Source of the DNA: Eledone cirrhosa | Lineage: Eukaryota | DNA length: 64,000 nucleotides | Assembly (NCBI GenBank): GCA_964016885.1 | Contig: OZ024743.1 | Location: 79,050,001-79,114,000 of the forward strand | Direction: 5' to 3' | The notes under the pieces: generated by a model | The model's database searches: none | Told to the model about the DNA's origin: nothing | Seen by the model: the letters and a program-made list of their open reading frames with translations, nothing else | Shown: in pieces, positions 1 through 13,579 of the stretch | Layout: each line of letters opens with the position of its first letter | Position numbering within the stretch: the first letter of the stretch is position 1 | Made by a program: the position numbers and the translations under genes

Positions 1-510
1 AGAGAGTTTCTAGAAAATATCTTTAAAATAACCTACAGTAATACATTATATGTCAGGTTGTAGAGAGTAAGATTTAGAGAGTTTCTAGAAGATATCTTTC
101 AAATAACCTACAGTAATACTTCATATTTAAGGTTGTAGAGAGTGAGATTTAGTGAGTTTCTAGAAGATATCTTTCAAGTAAGCTACAATAATAATTTATA
201 TCTCAGGTTGTAGAGAGTGTGATTCAGGGAGTTTCTAGAAGAACACTTTAAAGGAACCTACAGTAATACTTTATATGTAAGGTTGTAGAGAGTGAGATTT
301 AGAGAGTTTCTAGAAAATATCTTTAACGTAAACCTAGAATAATACATTATATGTAAGTTTATAGAGATTGAAAAGTTATGAAAGAAAGATTATTGGATTT
401 AAGAATTTATATTTTGAAGAAGATTAATTAATAATTAGAAAAATAAAGAATGAAAAGGAGACAAATAACAAAAAATATACAATAAAAATGAGAGTAAAGG
501 AAAAAAGATG

Positions 511-593
511 TAGCTTGTATTTGGATCAAACCCATGTGGTCATTTGGTCATAGGTGATAATGTCTCATATATTAACCACTCGGCGATTGGTAT
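511..593 (-). pseudogene. Highly degenerate second tRNA-Leu copy (first of ~13, one per subunit)
   Basis: 83-nt gap-free alignment to tRNA-Leu with GCCGAGTGGTTAA exactly conserved and a GCTA 3' end; also at 1724-1806, 2713-2795 and later subunits. Confidence 0.7.
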
Positions 594-777
594 AAAATAC
601 TGACCAGATTAAACTGAGTTTCATAATCAGTTGTGGTCCCGTGGTCGACAAAAAATTGGGCTCGGATCAATATTTGCAGTGAAATCTTCTGAAGGTGGTG
701 CCCGAGTATGTCAGCCATACAAAAACAGGAATCAATAGAATAAATAAAATAAATGACAACTTGAAGAAAACATAATT

Positions 778-860
778 TAGCACGAGTGGGTTTCGAACCC
801 ACGCAGATATTTGTCCATTTGAACAAAAGTCCAACGCCTTAACCACTCGGCCATCGTGTT
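778..860 (-). pseudogene. tRNA-Leu-derived copy, type A (anticodon reads TTT)
   Basis: Reverse complement AACACGATGGCCGAGTGGTTAAGGCGTTGGACTTTTGTTCAAATGGACAAATATCTGCGTGGGTTCGAAACCCACTCGTGCTA; colinear with intact gene at 26507; A and B boxes intact; mismatches in acceptor and anticodon stems. Confidence 0.85.
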
Positions 861-1987
861 CAGATTGTTCCAGATATAAAATTATATTTAAAAGCTATAC
901 TAACTAATGTTAGGTATGTTAAATACTAATTAATTCATTAATCTACTACTATATAGTGAGATATAGTCATATGATTGTTTTGTGGTCCTAGTAAAATATA
1001 TTAAGTATAACAGGAAGGTTCTATTATATTCACAACTGGATGACTGACATTGTAGAGAGTGAGATTTAGAGAGTTTCTAGAAGATATTTTAAAGTAACCT
1101 ACAATAATACTTTATATGTCAGGTTGTAGAGAGAGAGTTTTAGAGAGTTTCTAGAAGATGTCTTTAAAACAACCTACAATAATATTTATCTCTAGTGTTG
1201 TAGAGAGTGAGATTTAGAGAGTTTCTAGAAGATATCTTTAAAATAACCTACAATAATACTTTATATGTCAGGTTATAGAGAGTGAGATTTAGAGAGTTTC
1301 TAGAAGATATATTTAAAGTAACCTACAGTGATACATCATATGTCAGGTTGTAGAGAGTAAGATTTAGAGAGTTTCTAGGAGATATCTTTCAAGTAACCTA
1401 CAATAATACTTCATATGTCAGGTTGTAGAGAGTGAGATTCAGAGAGTTTCTACAAGGAATTTTTAAAGGAACCTACAGTAATACATTATATGTAAGGTTG
1501 TAGAGAGTGTGATTTACAGAGTTGCTAGAAAATGTTTTTAAGTAGCCTAGAATAATACATTATATGTAAGTTTGTAGAGATTGAAAATTTATGAAAGGAA
1601 GATTATTGGATTTAAAAATTTATATTTTGAAGAAGTTTAATTAATAATTAGAAAAATAAAGAATGAAAAAGAGACAAATAACAAAAAATATACAATAAAA
1701 ATGTGAGTAAAGGAAAAATGAGGTAGCCTGAATTCGGATCAAACCAATGTGGTCATTTGGTCATAGGTCATAATGTCTAATACATTAACCACTCGGCGAT
1801 TGGTATAAAATACTGACCAGATTAAGCTGTTTCATAATCAGTTGTCATCCTGTGGTCGACAAAAAATTGTGCTCGGATCAATATTTCCTGCTAAATCTTC
1901 TGAAGTCAGTGCCAAGCATGTCAGCCTTACAATAAGAGGAATCAATAGAATAAATTAAATAAATGACAACTTGAAGAAAAAATAATT

Positions 1988-2070
1988 TAACATGAGCGGG
2001 TTTCAAACCCACGCGGACATTTATCCATTGGAACTTAAGTCCAACGCCTTAACCACTCGGTCATCATGCT
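1988..2070 (-). pseudogene. tRNA-Leu(TAA)-derived copy, type B
   Basis: Anticodon arm TTGGA-CTTAAGT-TCCAA intact; T-loop mutated to GTTTGAAAC; D-stem G>A change. Confidence 0.85.
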
Positions 2071-3846
2071 CATATCTTTCAAAATATAAAATTATATTTA
2101 AAAGCTATACTAACTAATATTAGGTATGTTAAATTCTAATTAGTTCATAAATCTACTACTATATAGTGAGATATATTCATATGATTGTTTTGTGGTCCTG
2201 GTAAAATACATTAAGTATAACAGGGTGGTTCTATTATATTGACAACTGTATGACTGACATTGTAGAGAATGAGATTTAGAGAGCTCCTAGAAGATATCTT
2301 TAAAGTAACCTACAATAATACTTAATATTTAAGGTGGTAGAGAGTGAGATTTAGGGAGTTTCTAGAAGATATCTTTAAAGTAACCTAGAATAATACTTTA
2401 TATGTCAGATTTTAGTGAGAGAGATTTAGAGAGTTTCTAAAAGAAATCTTTCAAGTAACCCACAGTAATACTTTATATCTCAGGCTGTCGAGAATGAGAA
2501 TTAGAGGACGTTCTAGAAGATATCTTGAAAGTAACCTACAATAATACATTATATGTAAGTTTGTAGAAATATAAAAGTTATGAAATATAGATTATTGGAT
2601 TGAAGAATTTATATTTTGAAGAAGTTTAATTAATATTTAGAAAAATAAAGAATAAAAACGACACAATTAACAAAAAATAGTCAAGAAAAATGAGAATAAA
2701 GAATAAAAGATGTAGCTTGAATTTGGTTCAAACCCATGTGGTCATTTGGACATAGGTGATAATGTCTAATACATTAATCTCTCGGCGATTGGTATAAAAT
2801 CTTGACCAGAAAACTGAGTTTCATAATCAGTTGTGGTCCAGGGATCCACACAAATATTGTGCTCAGATCAATATTTTCAGTGAAATCTTCTGAAGGGTGT
2901 GCCTGAGCATGTCAGCAGTACAGAGAGTTTCTAGAAGATATATTTAAAGTAACCTACAGTAATACTTTATGTCAGGTTGTACAGAGTGAGATCTAGAGAG
3001 TTTCTAAGAGATATCTTTAAAGTAACCTACAGTAATACTTTATATTTCAGATTGTAGAGAGTGAGGTTCAGAGAGTTTCTAGAAAATATCTTTAAAATAA
3101 CGTACAGTAATACATTATATGTCAGGTTGTAGAGAGTAAGATTTAGAGAGTTTCTAGAAGATATCTTTCAAATAACCTACAGTAATACTTCATATTTAAG
3201 GTTGTAGAGAGTGAGATTTAGTGAGTTTCTAGAAGATATCTTTCAAGTAAGCTACAATAATAATTTATATCTCAGGTTGTAGAGAGTGTGATTCAGGGAG
3301 TTTCTAGAAGAACACTTTAAAGGAACCTACAGTAATACTTTATATGTATGGTTGTAGAGAGTGAGATTTAGAGAGTTTCTAGAAAATATCTTTAACGTAA
3401 ACCTAGAATAATACATTATATGTAAGTTTATAGAGATTGAAATTTTATGAAAGCAAGATTATTGGATTTAAGAATTTATATTTTGAAGAAGTTTAATTAA
3501 TAATTAGAAAAATAAAGAATGAAAAAGAGACAAATAACAAAAAATATACAATAAAAATGAGAGTAAATGAAAAAAGATGTAGCTTGTATTTGGATCAAAC
3601 CCATGTGGTCATTTGGTCATAGGTGATAATGTCTCATATATTAACCACTCGGCGATTGGTATAAAATACTGACCAGATTAAACTGAGTTTCATAATCAGT
3701 TGTGGTCCCGTGGTCGACAAAAAATTGGGCTCGGATCAATATTTGCAGTGAAATCTTCTGAAGGTGGTGCCCGAGTATGTCAGCCATACAAAAACAGGAA
3801 TCAATAGAATAAATAAAATAAATGACAACTTGAAGAAAACATAATT

Positions 3847-3929
3847 TAGCACGAGTGGGTTTCGAACCCACGCAGATATTTGTCCATTTGAACAAAAGTC
3901 CAACGCCTTAACCACTCGGCCATCGTGTT
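3847..3929 (-). pseudogene. tRNA-Leu-derived copy, type A (TTT)
   Basis: Identical to 778-860. Confidence 0.85.
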
Positions 3930-5057
3930 CAGATTGTTCCAGATATAAAATTATATTTAAAAGCTATACTAACTAATGTTAGGTATGTTAAATACTAATT
4001 AATTCATTAATCTACTACTATATAGTGAGATATAGTCATATGATTGTTTTGTGGTCCTAGTAAAATATATTAAGTATAACAGGAAGGTTCTATTATATTC
4101 ACAACTGGATGACTGACATTGTAGAGAGTGAGATTTAGAGAGTTTCTAGAAGATATTTTAAAGTAACCTACAATAATACTTTATATGTCAGGTTGTAGAG
4201 AGAGAGTTTTAGAGAGTTTCTAGAAGATGTCTTTAAAACAACCTACAATAATATTTATCTCTAGTGTTGTAGAGAGTGAGATTTAGAGAGTTTCTAGAAG
4301 ATATCTTTAAAATAACCTACAATAATACTTTATATGTCAGGTTATAGAGAGTGAGATTTAGAGAGTTTCTAGAAGATATATTTAAAGTAACCTACAGTGA
4401 TACATCATATGTCAGGTTGTAGAGAGTAAGATTTAGAGAGTTTCTAGGAGATATCTTTCAAGTAACCTACAATAATACTTCATATGTCAGGTTGTAGAGA
4501 GTGAGATTCAGAGAGTTTCTACAAGGAATTTTTAAAGGAACCTACAGTAATACATTATATGTAAGGTTGTAGAGAGTGTGATTTACAGAGTTGCTAGAAA
4601 ATATTTTTAAGTAGCCTAGAATAATACATTATATGTAAGTTTGTAGAGATTGAAAATTTATGAAAGGAAGATTATTGGATTTAAAAATTTATATTTTGAA
4701 GAAGTTTAATTAATAATTAGAAAAATAAAGAATGAAAAAGAGACAAAAAACAAAAAATATACAATAAAAATGTGAGTAAAGGAAAAATGAGGTAGCCTGA
4801 ATTCGGATCAAACCAAATGTGGTCATTTGGTCATAGGTCATAATGTCTAATACATTAACCACTCGGCGATTGGTATAAAATACTGACCAGATTAAGCTGT
4901 TTCATAATCAGTTGTCATCCTGTGGTCGACAAAAAATTGTGCTCGGATCAATATTTCCTGCTAAATCTTCTGAAGTCAGTGCCAAGCATGTCAGCCTTAC
5001 AATAAGAGGAATCAATAGAATAAATTAAATAAATGACAACTTGAAGAAAAAATAATT

Positions 5058-5140
5058 TAACATGAGCGGGTTTCAAACCCACGCGGACATTTATCCATTG
5101 GAACTTAAGTCCAACGCCTTAACCACTCAGTCATCATGCT
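5058..5140 (-). pseudogene. tRNA-Leu(TAA)-derived copy, type B
   Basis: As 1988-2070 with one extra A-box substitution. Confidence 0.85.
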
Positions 5141-6842
5141 CATATCTTTCAAAATATAAAATAAATATTTAAAAGCTATACTAACTAATATTAGGTATGT
5201 TAAATTCTAATTAGTTCATAAATCTACTACTATATAGTGAGATATATTCATATGATTGTTTTGTGGTCCTGGTAAAATACATTAAGTATAACAGGGTGGT
5301 TCTATTATATTGACAACTGTATGACTGACATTGTAGAGAATGAGATTTAGAGAGCTCCTAGAAGATATCTTTAAAGTAACCTACAATAATACTTAATATT
5401 TAAGGTGGTAGAGAGTGAGATTTAGGGAGTTTCTAGAAGATATCTTTAAAGTAACCTAGAATAATACTTTATATGTCAGATTTTAGTGAGAGAGATTTAG
5501 AGAGTTTCTAAAAGAAATCTTTCAAGTAACCCACAGTAATACTTTATATCTCAGGCTGTCGAGAATGAGAATTATAGGACGTTCTAGAAGATATCTTGAA
5601 AGTAACCTACAATAATACATTATATGTAAGTTTGTAGAAATATAAAAGTTATGAAATATAGATTATTGGATTGAAGAATTTATATTTTGAAGAAGTTTAA
5701 TTAATATTTAGAAAAATAAAGAATAAAAACGACACAATTAACAAAAAATAGTCAAGAAAAATGAGAATAAAGAATAAAAGATGTAGCTTGAATTTGGTTC
5801 AAACCCATGTGGTCATTTGGACATAGGTGATAATGTCTAATACATTAATCACTCGGCGATTGGTATAAAATCTTGATCAGAAAACTGAGTTTCATAATCA
5901 GTTGTGGTCCAGGGATCCACACAAATATTGTGCTCAGATCAATATTTTCAGTGAAATCTTCTGAAGGGTGTGCCTGAGCATGTCAGCAGTACAGAGAGTT
6001 TCTAGAAGATATATTTAAAGTAACCTACAGTAATACTTTATGTCAGGTTGTACAGAGTGAGATCTAGAGAGTTTCTAAGAGATATCTTTAAAGTAACCTA
6101 CAGTAATACTTTATATTTCAGATTGTAGAGAGTGAGGTTCAGAGAGTTTCTAGAAAATATCTTTAAAATAACCTACAGTAATACATTATATGTCAGGTTG
6201 TAGAGAGTAAGATTTAGAGAGTTTCTAGAAGATATCTTTCAAGTAAGCTACAATAATAATTTATATCTCAGGTTGTAGAGAGTGTGATTCAGGGAGTTTC
6301 TAGAAGAACACTTTAAAGGAACCTACAGTAATACTTTATATGTATGGTTGTAGAGAGTGAGATTTAGAGAGTTTCTAGAAAATATCTTTAACGTAAACCT
6401 AGAATAATACATTATATGTAAGTTTATAGAGATTGAAATTTTATGAAAGCAAGATTATTGGATTTAAGAATTTATATTTTGAAGAAGTTTAATTAATAAT
6501 TAGAAAAATAAAGAATGAAAAAGAGACAAATAACAAAAAATATACAATAAAAATGAGAGTAAATGAAAAAAGATGTAGCTTGTATTTGGATCAAACCCAT
6601 GTGGTCATTTGGTCATAGGTGATAATGTCTCATATATTAACCACTCGGCGATTGGTATAAAATACTGACCAGATTAAACTGAGTTTCATAATCAGTTGTG
6701 GTCCCGTGGTCGACAAAAAATTGGGCTCGGATCAATATTTGCAGTGAAATCTTCTGAAGGTGGTGCCCGAGTATGTCAGCCATACAAAAACAGGAATCAA
6801 TAGAATAAATAAAATAAATGACAACTTGAAGAAAACATAATT

Positions 6843-6925
6843 TAGCACGAGTGGGTTTCGAACCCACGCAGATATTTGTCCATTTGAACAAAAGTCCAAC
6901 GCCTTAACCACTCGGCCATCGTGTT
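6843..6925 (-). pseudogene. tRNA-Leu-derived copy, type A (TTT)
   Basis: Identical to 778-860. Confidence 0.85.
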
Positions 6926-8052
6926 CAGATTGTTCCAGATATAAAATTATATTTAAAAGCTATACTAACTAATGTTAGGTATGTTAAATACTAATTAATT
7001 CATTAATCTACTACTATATAGTGAGATATAGTCATATGATTGTTTTGTGGTCCTAGTAAAATATATTAAGTATAACAGGAAGGTTCTATTATATTCACAA
7101 CTGGATGACTGACATTGTAGAGAGTGAGATTTAGAGAGTTTCTAGAAGATATTTTAAAGTAACCTACAATAATACTTTATATGTCAGGTTGTAGAGAGAG
7201 AGTTTTAGAGAGTTTCTAGAATATGTCTTTAAAACAACCTACAATAATATTTATCTCTAGTGTTGTAGAGAGTGAGATTTAGAGAGTTTCTAGAAGATAT
7301 CTTTAAAATAACCTACAATAATACTTTATATGTCAGGTTATAGAGAGTGAGATTTAGAGAGTTTCTAGAAGATATATTTAAAGTAACCTACAGTGATACA
7401 TCATATGTCAGGTTGTAGAGAGTAAGATTTAGAGAGTTTCTAGGAGATATCTTTCAAGTAACCTACAATAATACTTCATATGTCAGGTTGTAGAGAGTGA
7501 GATTCAGAGAGTTTCTACAAGGAATTTTTAAAGGAACCTACAGTAATACATTATATGTAAGGTTGTAGAGAGTGTGATTTACAGAGTTGCTAGAAAATAT
7601 TTTTAAGTAGCCTAGAATAATACATTATATGTAAGTTTGTAGAGATTGAAAATTTATGAAAGGAAGATTATTGGATTTAAAAATTTATATTTTGAAGAAG
7701 TTTAATTAATAATTAGAAAAATAAAGAATGAAAAAGAGACAAATAACAAAAAATATACAATAAAAATGTGAGTAAAGGAAAAATGAGGTAGCCTGAATTC
7801 GGATCAAACCAATGTGGTCATTTGGTCATAGGTCATAATGTCTAATACATTAACCACTCGGCGATTGGTATAAAATACTGACCAGATTAAGCTGTTTCAT
7901 AATCAGTTGTCATCCTGTGGTCGACAAAAAATTGTGCTCGGATCAATATTTCCTGCTAAATCTTCTGAAGTCAGTGCCAAGCATGTCAGCCTTACAATAA
8001 GAGGAATCAATAGAATAAATTAAATAAATGACAACTTGAAGAAAAAATAATT

Positions 8053-8135
8053 TAACATGAGCGGGTTTCAAACCCACGCGGACATTTATCCATTGGAACT
8101 TAAGTCCAACGCCTTAACCACTCGGTCATCATGCT
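8053..8135 (-). pseudogene. tRNA-Leu(TAA)-derived copy, type B
   Basis: Matches 1988-2070. Confidence 0.85.
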
Positions 8136-9908
8136 CATATCTTTCAAAATATAAAATTATATTTAAAAGCTATACTAACTAATATTAGGTATGTTAAATT
8201 CTAATTAGTTCATAAATCTACTACTATATAGTGAGATATATTCATATGATTGTTTTGTGGTCCTGGTAAAATACATTAAGTATAACAGGGTGGTTCTATT
8301 ATATTGACAACTGTATGACTGACATTGTAGAGAATGAGATTTAGAGAGCTCCTAGAAGATATCTTTAAAGTAACCTACAATAATACTTAATATTTAAGGT
8401 GGTAGAGAGTGAGATTTAGGGAGTTTCTAGAAGATATCTTTAAAGTAACCTAGAATAATACTTTATATGTCAGATTTTAGTGAGAGAGATTTAGAGAGTT
8501 TCTAAAAGAAATCTTTCAAGTAACCCACAGTAATACTTTATATCTCAGGCTGTCGAGAATGAGAATTATAGGACGTTCTAGAAGATATCTTGAAAGTAAC
8601 CTACAATAATACATTATATGTAAGTTTGTAGAAATATAAAAGTTATGAAATATAGATTATTGGATTGAAGAATTTATATTTTGAAGAAGTTTAATTAATA
8701 TTTAGAAAAATAAAGAATAAAAACGACACAATTAACAAAAAATAGTCAAGAAAAATGAGAATAAAGAATAAAAGATGTAGCTTGAATTTGGTTCAAACCC
8801 ATGTGGTCATTTGGACATAGGTGATAATGTCTAATACATTAATCACTCGGCGATTGGTATAAAATCTTGACCAGAAAACTGAGTTTCATAATCAGTTGTG
8901 GTCCAGGGATCCACACAAATATTGTGCTCAGATCAATATTTTCAGTGAAATCTTCTGAAGGGTGTGCCTGAGCATGTCAGCAGTACAGAGAGTTTCTAGA
9001 AGATATATTTAAAGTAACCTACAGTAATACTTTATGTCAGGTTGTACAGAGTGAGATCTAGAGAGTTTCTAAGAGATATCTTTAAAGTAACCTACAGTAA
9101 TACTTTATATTTCAGATTGTAGAGAGTGAGGTTCAGAGAGTTTCTAGAAAATATCTTTAAAATAACGTACAGTAATACATTATATGTCAGGTTGTAGAGA
9201 GTAAGATTTAGAGAGTTTCTAGAAGATATCTTTCAAATAACCTACAGTAATACTTCATATTTAAGGTTGTAGAGAGTGAGATTTAGTGAGTTTCTAGAAG
9301 ATATCTTTCAAGTAAGCTACAATAATAATTTATATCTCAGGTTGTAGAGAGTGTGATTCAGGGAGTTTCTAGAAGAACACTTTAAAGGAACCTACAGTAA
9401 TACTTTATATGTAAGGTAGTAGAGAGTGAGATTTAGAGAGTTTCTAGAAAATATCTTTAACGTAAACCTAGAATAATACATTATATGTAAGTTTGTAGAG
9501 ATTGAAAATTTATGAAAGGAAGATTATTGGATTTAAAAATTTATATTTTGAAGAAGTTTAATTAATAATTAGAAAAATAAAGAATGAAAAAGAGACAAAT
9601 AACAAAAAATATACAATAAAAATGTGAGTAAATGAAAAATGAGGTAGCTTGAATTCGGATCAAACCAATGTGGTCATTTGGTCATAGGTCATAATGTCTA
9701 ATACATTAACCACTCGGCGATTGGTATAAAATACTGACCAGATTAAGCTGTTTCATAATCAGTTGTCATCCTGTGGTCGACAAAAAATTATGCTCGGATC
9801 AATATTCCCTGCTAAATCTTCTGAAGTCAGTGCCAAGCATGTCAGCCTTACAATAAGAGGAATCAATAGAATAAATTAAATAAATGACAACTTGAAGAAA
9901 AAATAATT

Positions 9909-9991
9909 TAGCATGAGCGGGTTTCAAACCCACGCTGACATTTATCCTTTGGAACTTAAGTCCAACGCCTTAACCACTCGGTCATCATGCT
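9909..9991 (-). pseudogene. tRNA-Leu(TAA)-derived copy, type B variant
   Basis: TAA anticodon arm intact, mutated B box. Confidence 0.8.
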
Positions 9992-11644
9992 CATATCTTT
10001 CAAAATATAAAATTATATTTAAAAGCTATACTAACTAATATTAGGTATGTTAAATTCTAATTAGTTCATAAATCTCCTACTATATAGTGAGATATAGTCA
10101 TATGATTGTTTTGGGGTCCTGGTAAAATACATTAAGTATAACAGGGGGGTTCTATTATGTTGACAACTGGATGACTGAAATTATAGAGAGTGAGATTTAG
10201 AGAGTTTCTAGAAAATATCTATAAAGTAACCTACAATAATACTTAATATTTAAGAGAGTGAGATTTAGAGAGTTTCTAGAAAATATCTTTAAAATAACCT
10301 ACAATAATACTTTATATGTCAGGCTGTAGAGAGTGAGATTTAGAGAGTTTCTAGAAAATATCTTTAAAATAACCTACAATAATACTTTATATGTCAGGCT
10401 GTAGAGAGTGAGATTTAGAGAGTTTCTAGAAAATATCTTTAAAATAACCTACAATAATACTTTATATGTCAGGCTGTAGAGAGTGAGATTTAGAGAGTTT
10501 CTAGAAAATATCTTTAAAATAACCTACAATAATACTTTATATGTCAGGCTGTAGAGAGTGAGATTTAGAGAGTTTCTAGAAAATATCTTTAAAATAACCT
10601 ACAATAATACTTTATATGTCAGGCTGTAGAGAGTGAGATTTAGAGAGTTTCTAGAAAATATCTTTAAAATAACCTACAATAATACTTTATATGTCAGGCT
10701 GTAGAGAGTGAGATTTAGAGAGTTTCTAGAAAATATCTTTAAAATAACCTACAATAATACTTTATATGTCAGGCTGTAGAGAGTGAGATTTAGAGAGTTT
10801 CTAGAAGATATCTTTAAAGTAATGTCCAATAATACTTTATATGTCAGCTTGTAGAGACAGAGATCTAGAGAGTTTCTAGAAGATATCTTTAATGTAACCT
10901 ACAGAAATATTTTATATGTCAGGTTGTATAGAGTGAGATCAAGAGAGTTTCTAGGAGATATATTTAAATTAGCCTAAAGTAATACTTTCTATGTAAGGTT
11001 GTAGAGAGTGAGATTTAGAGAGTTACTAGAAGATATCTTTAAAGTAACCTACAGTAATACATCATATGTCAGGTTTTAGAGAGTGAGATTTAGAATGTTT
11101 CTAGAAAATATCTTTAAAGGAACCTACAGTAATACGTTATATGTAAGGTTGTATAGAGTGAGATTTTAGAGAGTTTCTAGAAAATATCTTTAAAGTAACC
11201 TAGAATAATACATTATATGTAAGGTTGTAGAGATTGAAAAGTTTTGAAAGCAAGATTATTGGATTTAAAAATTTATATTTTGAAGAAGTTTAATTAATAA
11301 TTAGAAAAATAAAGAATGAAAAGGAGACAAATAACAAAAAATATACAATAAAAACCAGAATAAAGGAATAAGCATGTAGCTTGAATTTGGATCAAACCCA
11401 TGTGGTCATTTGGTCATAGGTGATAATGTCTAATACATTAACCACTCGTCGATTGGTATAAAATCCTGACCAGATTGAACTGAGTTTCGTAATCAGTTGT
11501 GGTCCTGTGTCCGACAAAAAAATTGTGCTCAGATCAATACTTTCAGCAAAATCTTCTGAAGGCGGTGCCCTAGCATGTCAGCTGTACAATTACAGGAATC
11601 AATAGAATAAATTAAATAAATGACAACTTGAAAAAAAAATAATT

Positions 11645-11677
11645 TAAACCGAGAGGGTTTCGAAACCATGCAGACAT
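11645..11677 (-). pseudogene. tRNA-Leu 3' fragment (5' part deleted)
   Basis: Only T-arm and part of the variable arm remain; joined directly to upstream spacer (gacat|gagatata). Confidence 0.65.
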
Positions 11678-12630
11678 GAGATATATTCATATTATAGTTT
11701 TGTGGTCCCGGTAAAATACATCAAGTATAATGGGAAGGTTCTATTATATTGACAACTGGATGACTGACATTGTAGAGAGTGAGATTTAGAGAGTTTCTAG
11801 AAGATATCTTTAAAGTAACCTACAGTAATACATCATATGTCAGGTTGTATAGAGTGAGATTTAGAGAGTTTCTAGAAGATATCTTTAAAGTAACCTAAAG
11901 TAATATATTATATGTCAGGTTGTAGAGATTGAGATTTAGAGAGTTTCTAGAAGATATCTTTAAAGTAACCTAAAGTAATATATTATATGTCAGGTTATAG
12001 AGAGTGAGATTTAGAGAGTTTCTAGAAGATATCTTTAAAGTAACCTAAAGTAATATATTATATGTCAGGTTGTAGAGATTGAGATTTAGAGAGTTTCTAG
12101 AAGATATCTTTAAAGTAACCTACAGTAATACATCATATGTCAGGTTGTATAGAGTGAGATTTAGAGAGTTTCTAGAAGATATATTTAAAGTAACCTAGAA
12201 TAATACTTTATATGTAAGTTTGTAGAGATTGAAAAGTTATGAAAGAAAGATTATTGGATTTACGAATTTATATTTTGAAGAAGTTTAATTAATATTTAGA
12301 AAAATAAAGAATAATAAAGAGACAAATAACAAAAATATACAATTAAAATGAGAGTAAAGGAGAAAAGATGTAGCTTGAATTTGGATCAGACCCATGAGGT
12401 CATAGGTGATAATGTCTAATACATTAACCACTCGGCGATTGGTATAAAATACTGACCAGATTGAACTGAGTTTCATAATCAGTTGTGGTCCTGTGGTCGA
12501 CAAAAGAATTATGCTCGGATCAATATTTCCAGCGAAATATTCTAAAGTCAGTGCCTGAGTATGTCAGCCATACAATAACAGGAATCAATAGAATAAATAA
12601 AATAAATGACAACTTGAAGAAAAAATAATT

Positions 12631-12713
12631 TAGCACAAGTGGGTTTCGAACCCATGCAGACATTTGTCCATTGGAACTTAAGTCCAACGCCTTAACCACT
12701 CGGCCATCATGCT
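12631..12713 (-). tRNA. tRNA-Leu(TAA), near-intact copy (possibly pseudogene)
   Basis: AGCATGATGGCCGAGTGGTTAAGGCGTTGGACTTAAGTTCCAATGGACAAATGTCTGCATGGGTTCGAAACCCACTTGTGCTA; stems pair with G-U wobbles, one A-C mismatch in the T-stem; A/B boxes intact; T-run downstream. Confidence 0.6.
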
Positions 12714-13546
12714 CATATCTTTCAAAATATAAAATTATATTTAAAAGCTATACTAACTAATGTTAGGTATGTTAAATTCTAATTAGTTCATAAATCTACT
12801 ACTCTATAGTGAGATATAGTCATGTTATTGTTTTGTGGTCCTGGTAAAATACATTAAGTATAACAGGAAGGTTCTATTATGTTCACAACTGGATGGCTGA
12901 AATTATAGAGAGTGAGATTTAGAGAGTTACTAGAAGATATCTTTCAAGTAACCTACAGTAATACTTTATATGTAAGGTTGTAGAGAGTGAGATCTAGAGA
13001 GTTTCTAGAAGATATCTTTAAAGTAACCTACAGTAATACTTTATATGTAAGGTTGTAGAATGTGAGATATAGAGAGTTTCTAGAAAATACCTTTAAAGTA
13101 ACCTAGAATAATACATTATATGTAAGTTTGTAGAGATTGAAAAGTTATGAAAGAAAGATTATTGGATCTAAGTATTTATAGTTTGAAGAAGTTTAATTAA
13201 TATTTAGAAAAATATAGAATAAAAAAGAGACAAATAACAAAAATATACAATTAAAATGAGAGTAAAGGAGAAAAGATGTAGCTTGAATTTGAATCAAACC
13301 CATGTGGTCATTTGCTCATAGGTCATAATGTCTAATACATTAACCACTCGTCGATTGGTAAAAAATCCTGACCAGATTGAACTGAGATTCATAATCAGTT
13401 GTGGTCCTGTGGTCGACAAAAAAATTGTGCTCAGATCAATATTTCCAGCGAAATCTTCTGAAGGCGGTGCCCTAGCATGTCAGCCGTACAATTACAGGAA
13501 TCAATAGAATAAATTAAATAAATGACAACTTGAAAAAAAAATAATT

Positions 13547-13579
13547 TAACACGAGAGGGTTTCGAACTCACGCTGACAT
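13547..13579 (-). pseudogene. tRNA-Leu 3' fragment (same deletion as 11645)
   Basis: Same deletion junction gacat|gagatata. Confidence 0.65.

Noticed and set aside
572-826. 84-aa ORF repeated three times (also 3641, 6637)
   Set aside because: It overlaps the tRNA-derived copy and spacer; identity reflects recent tandem duplication, not coding constraint
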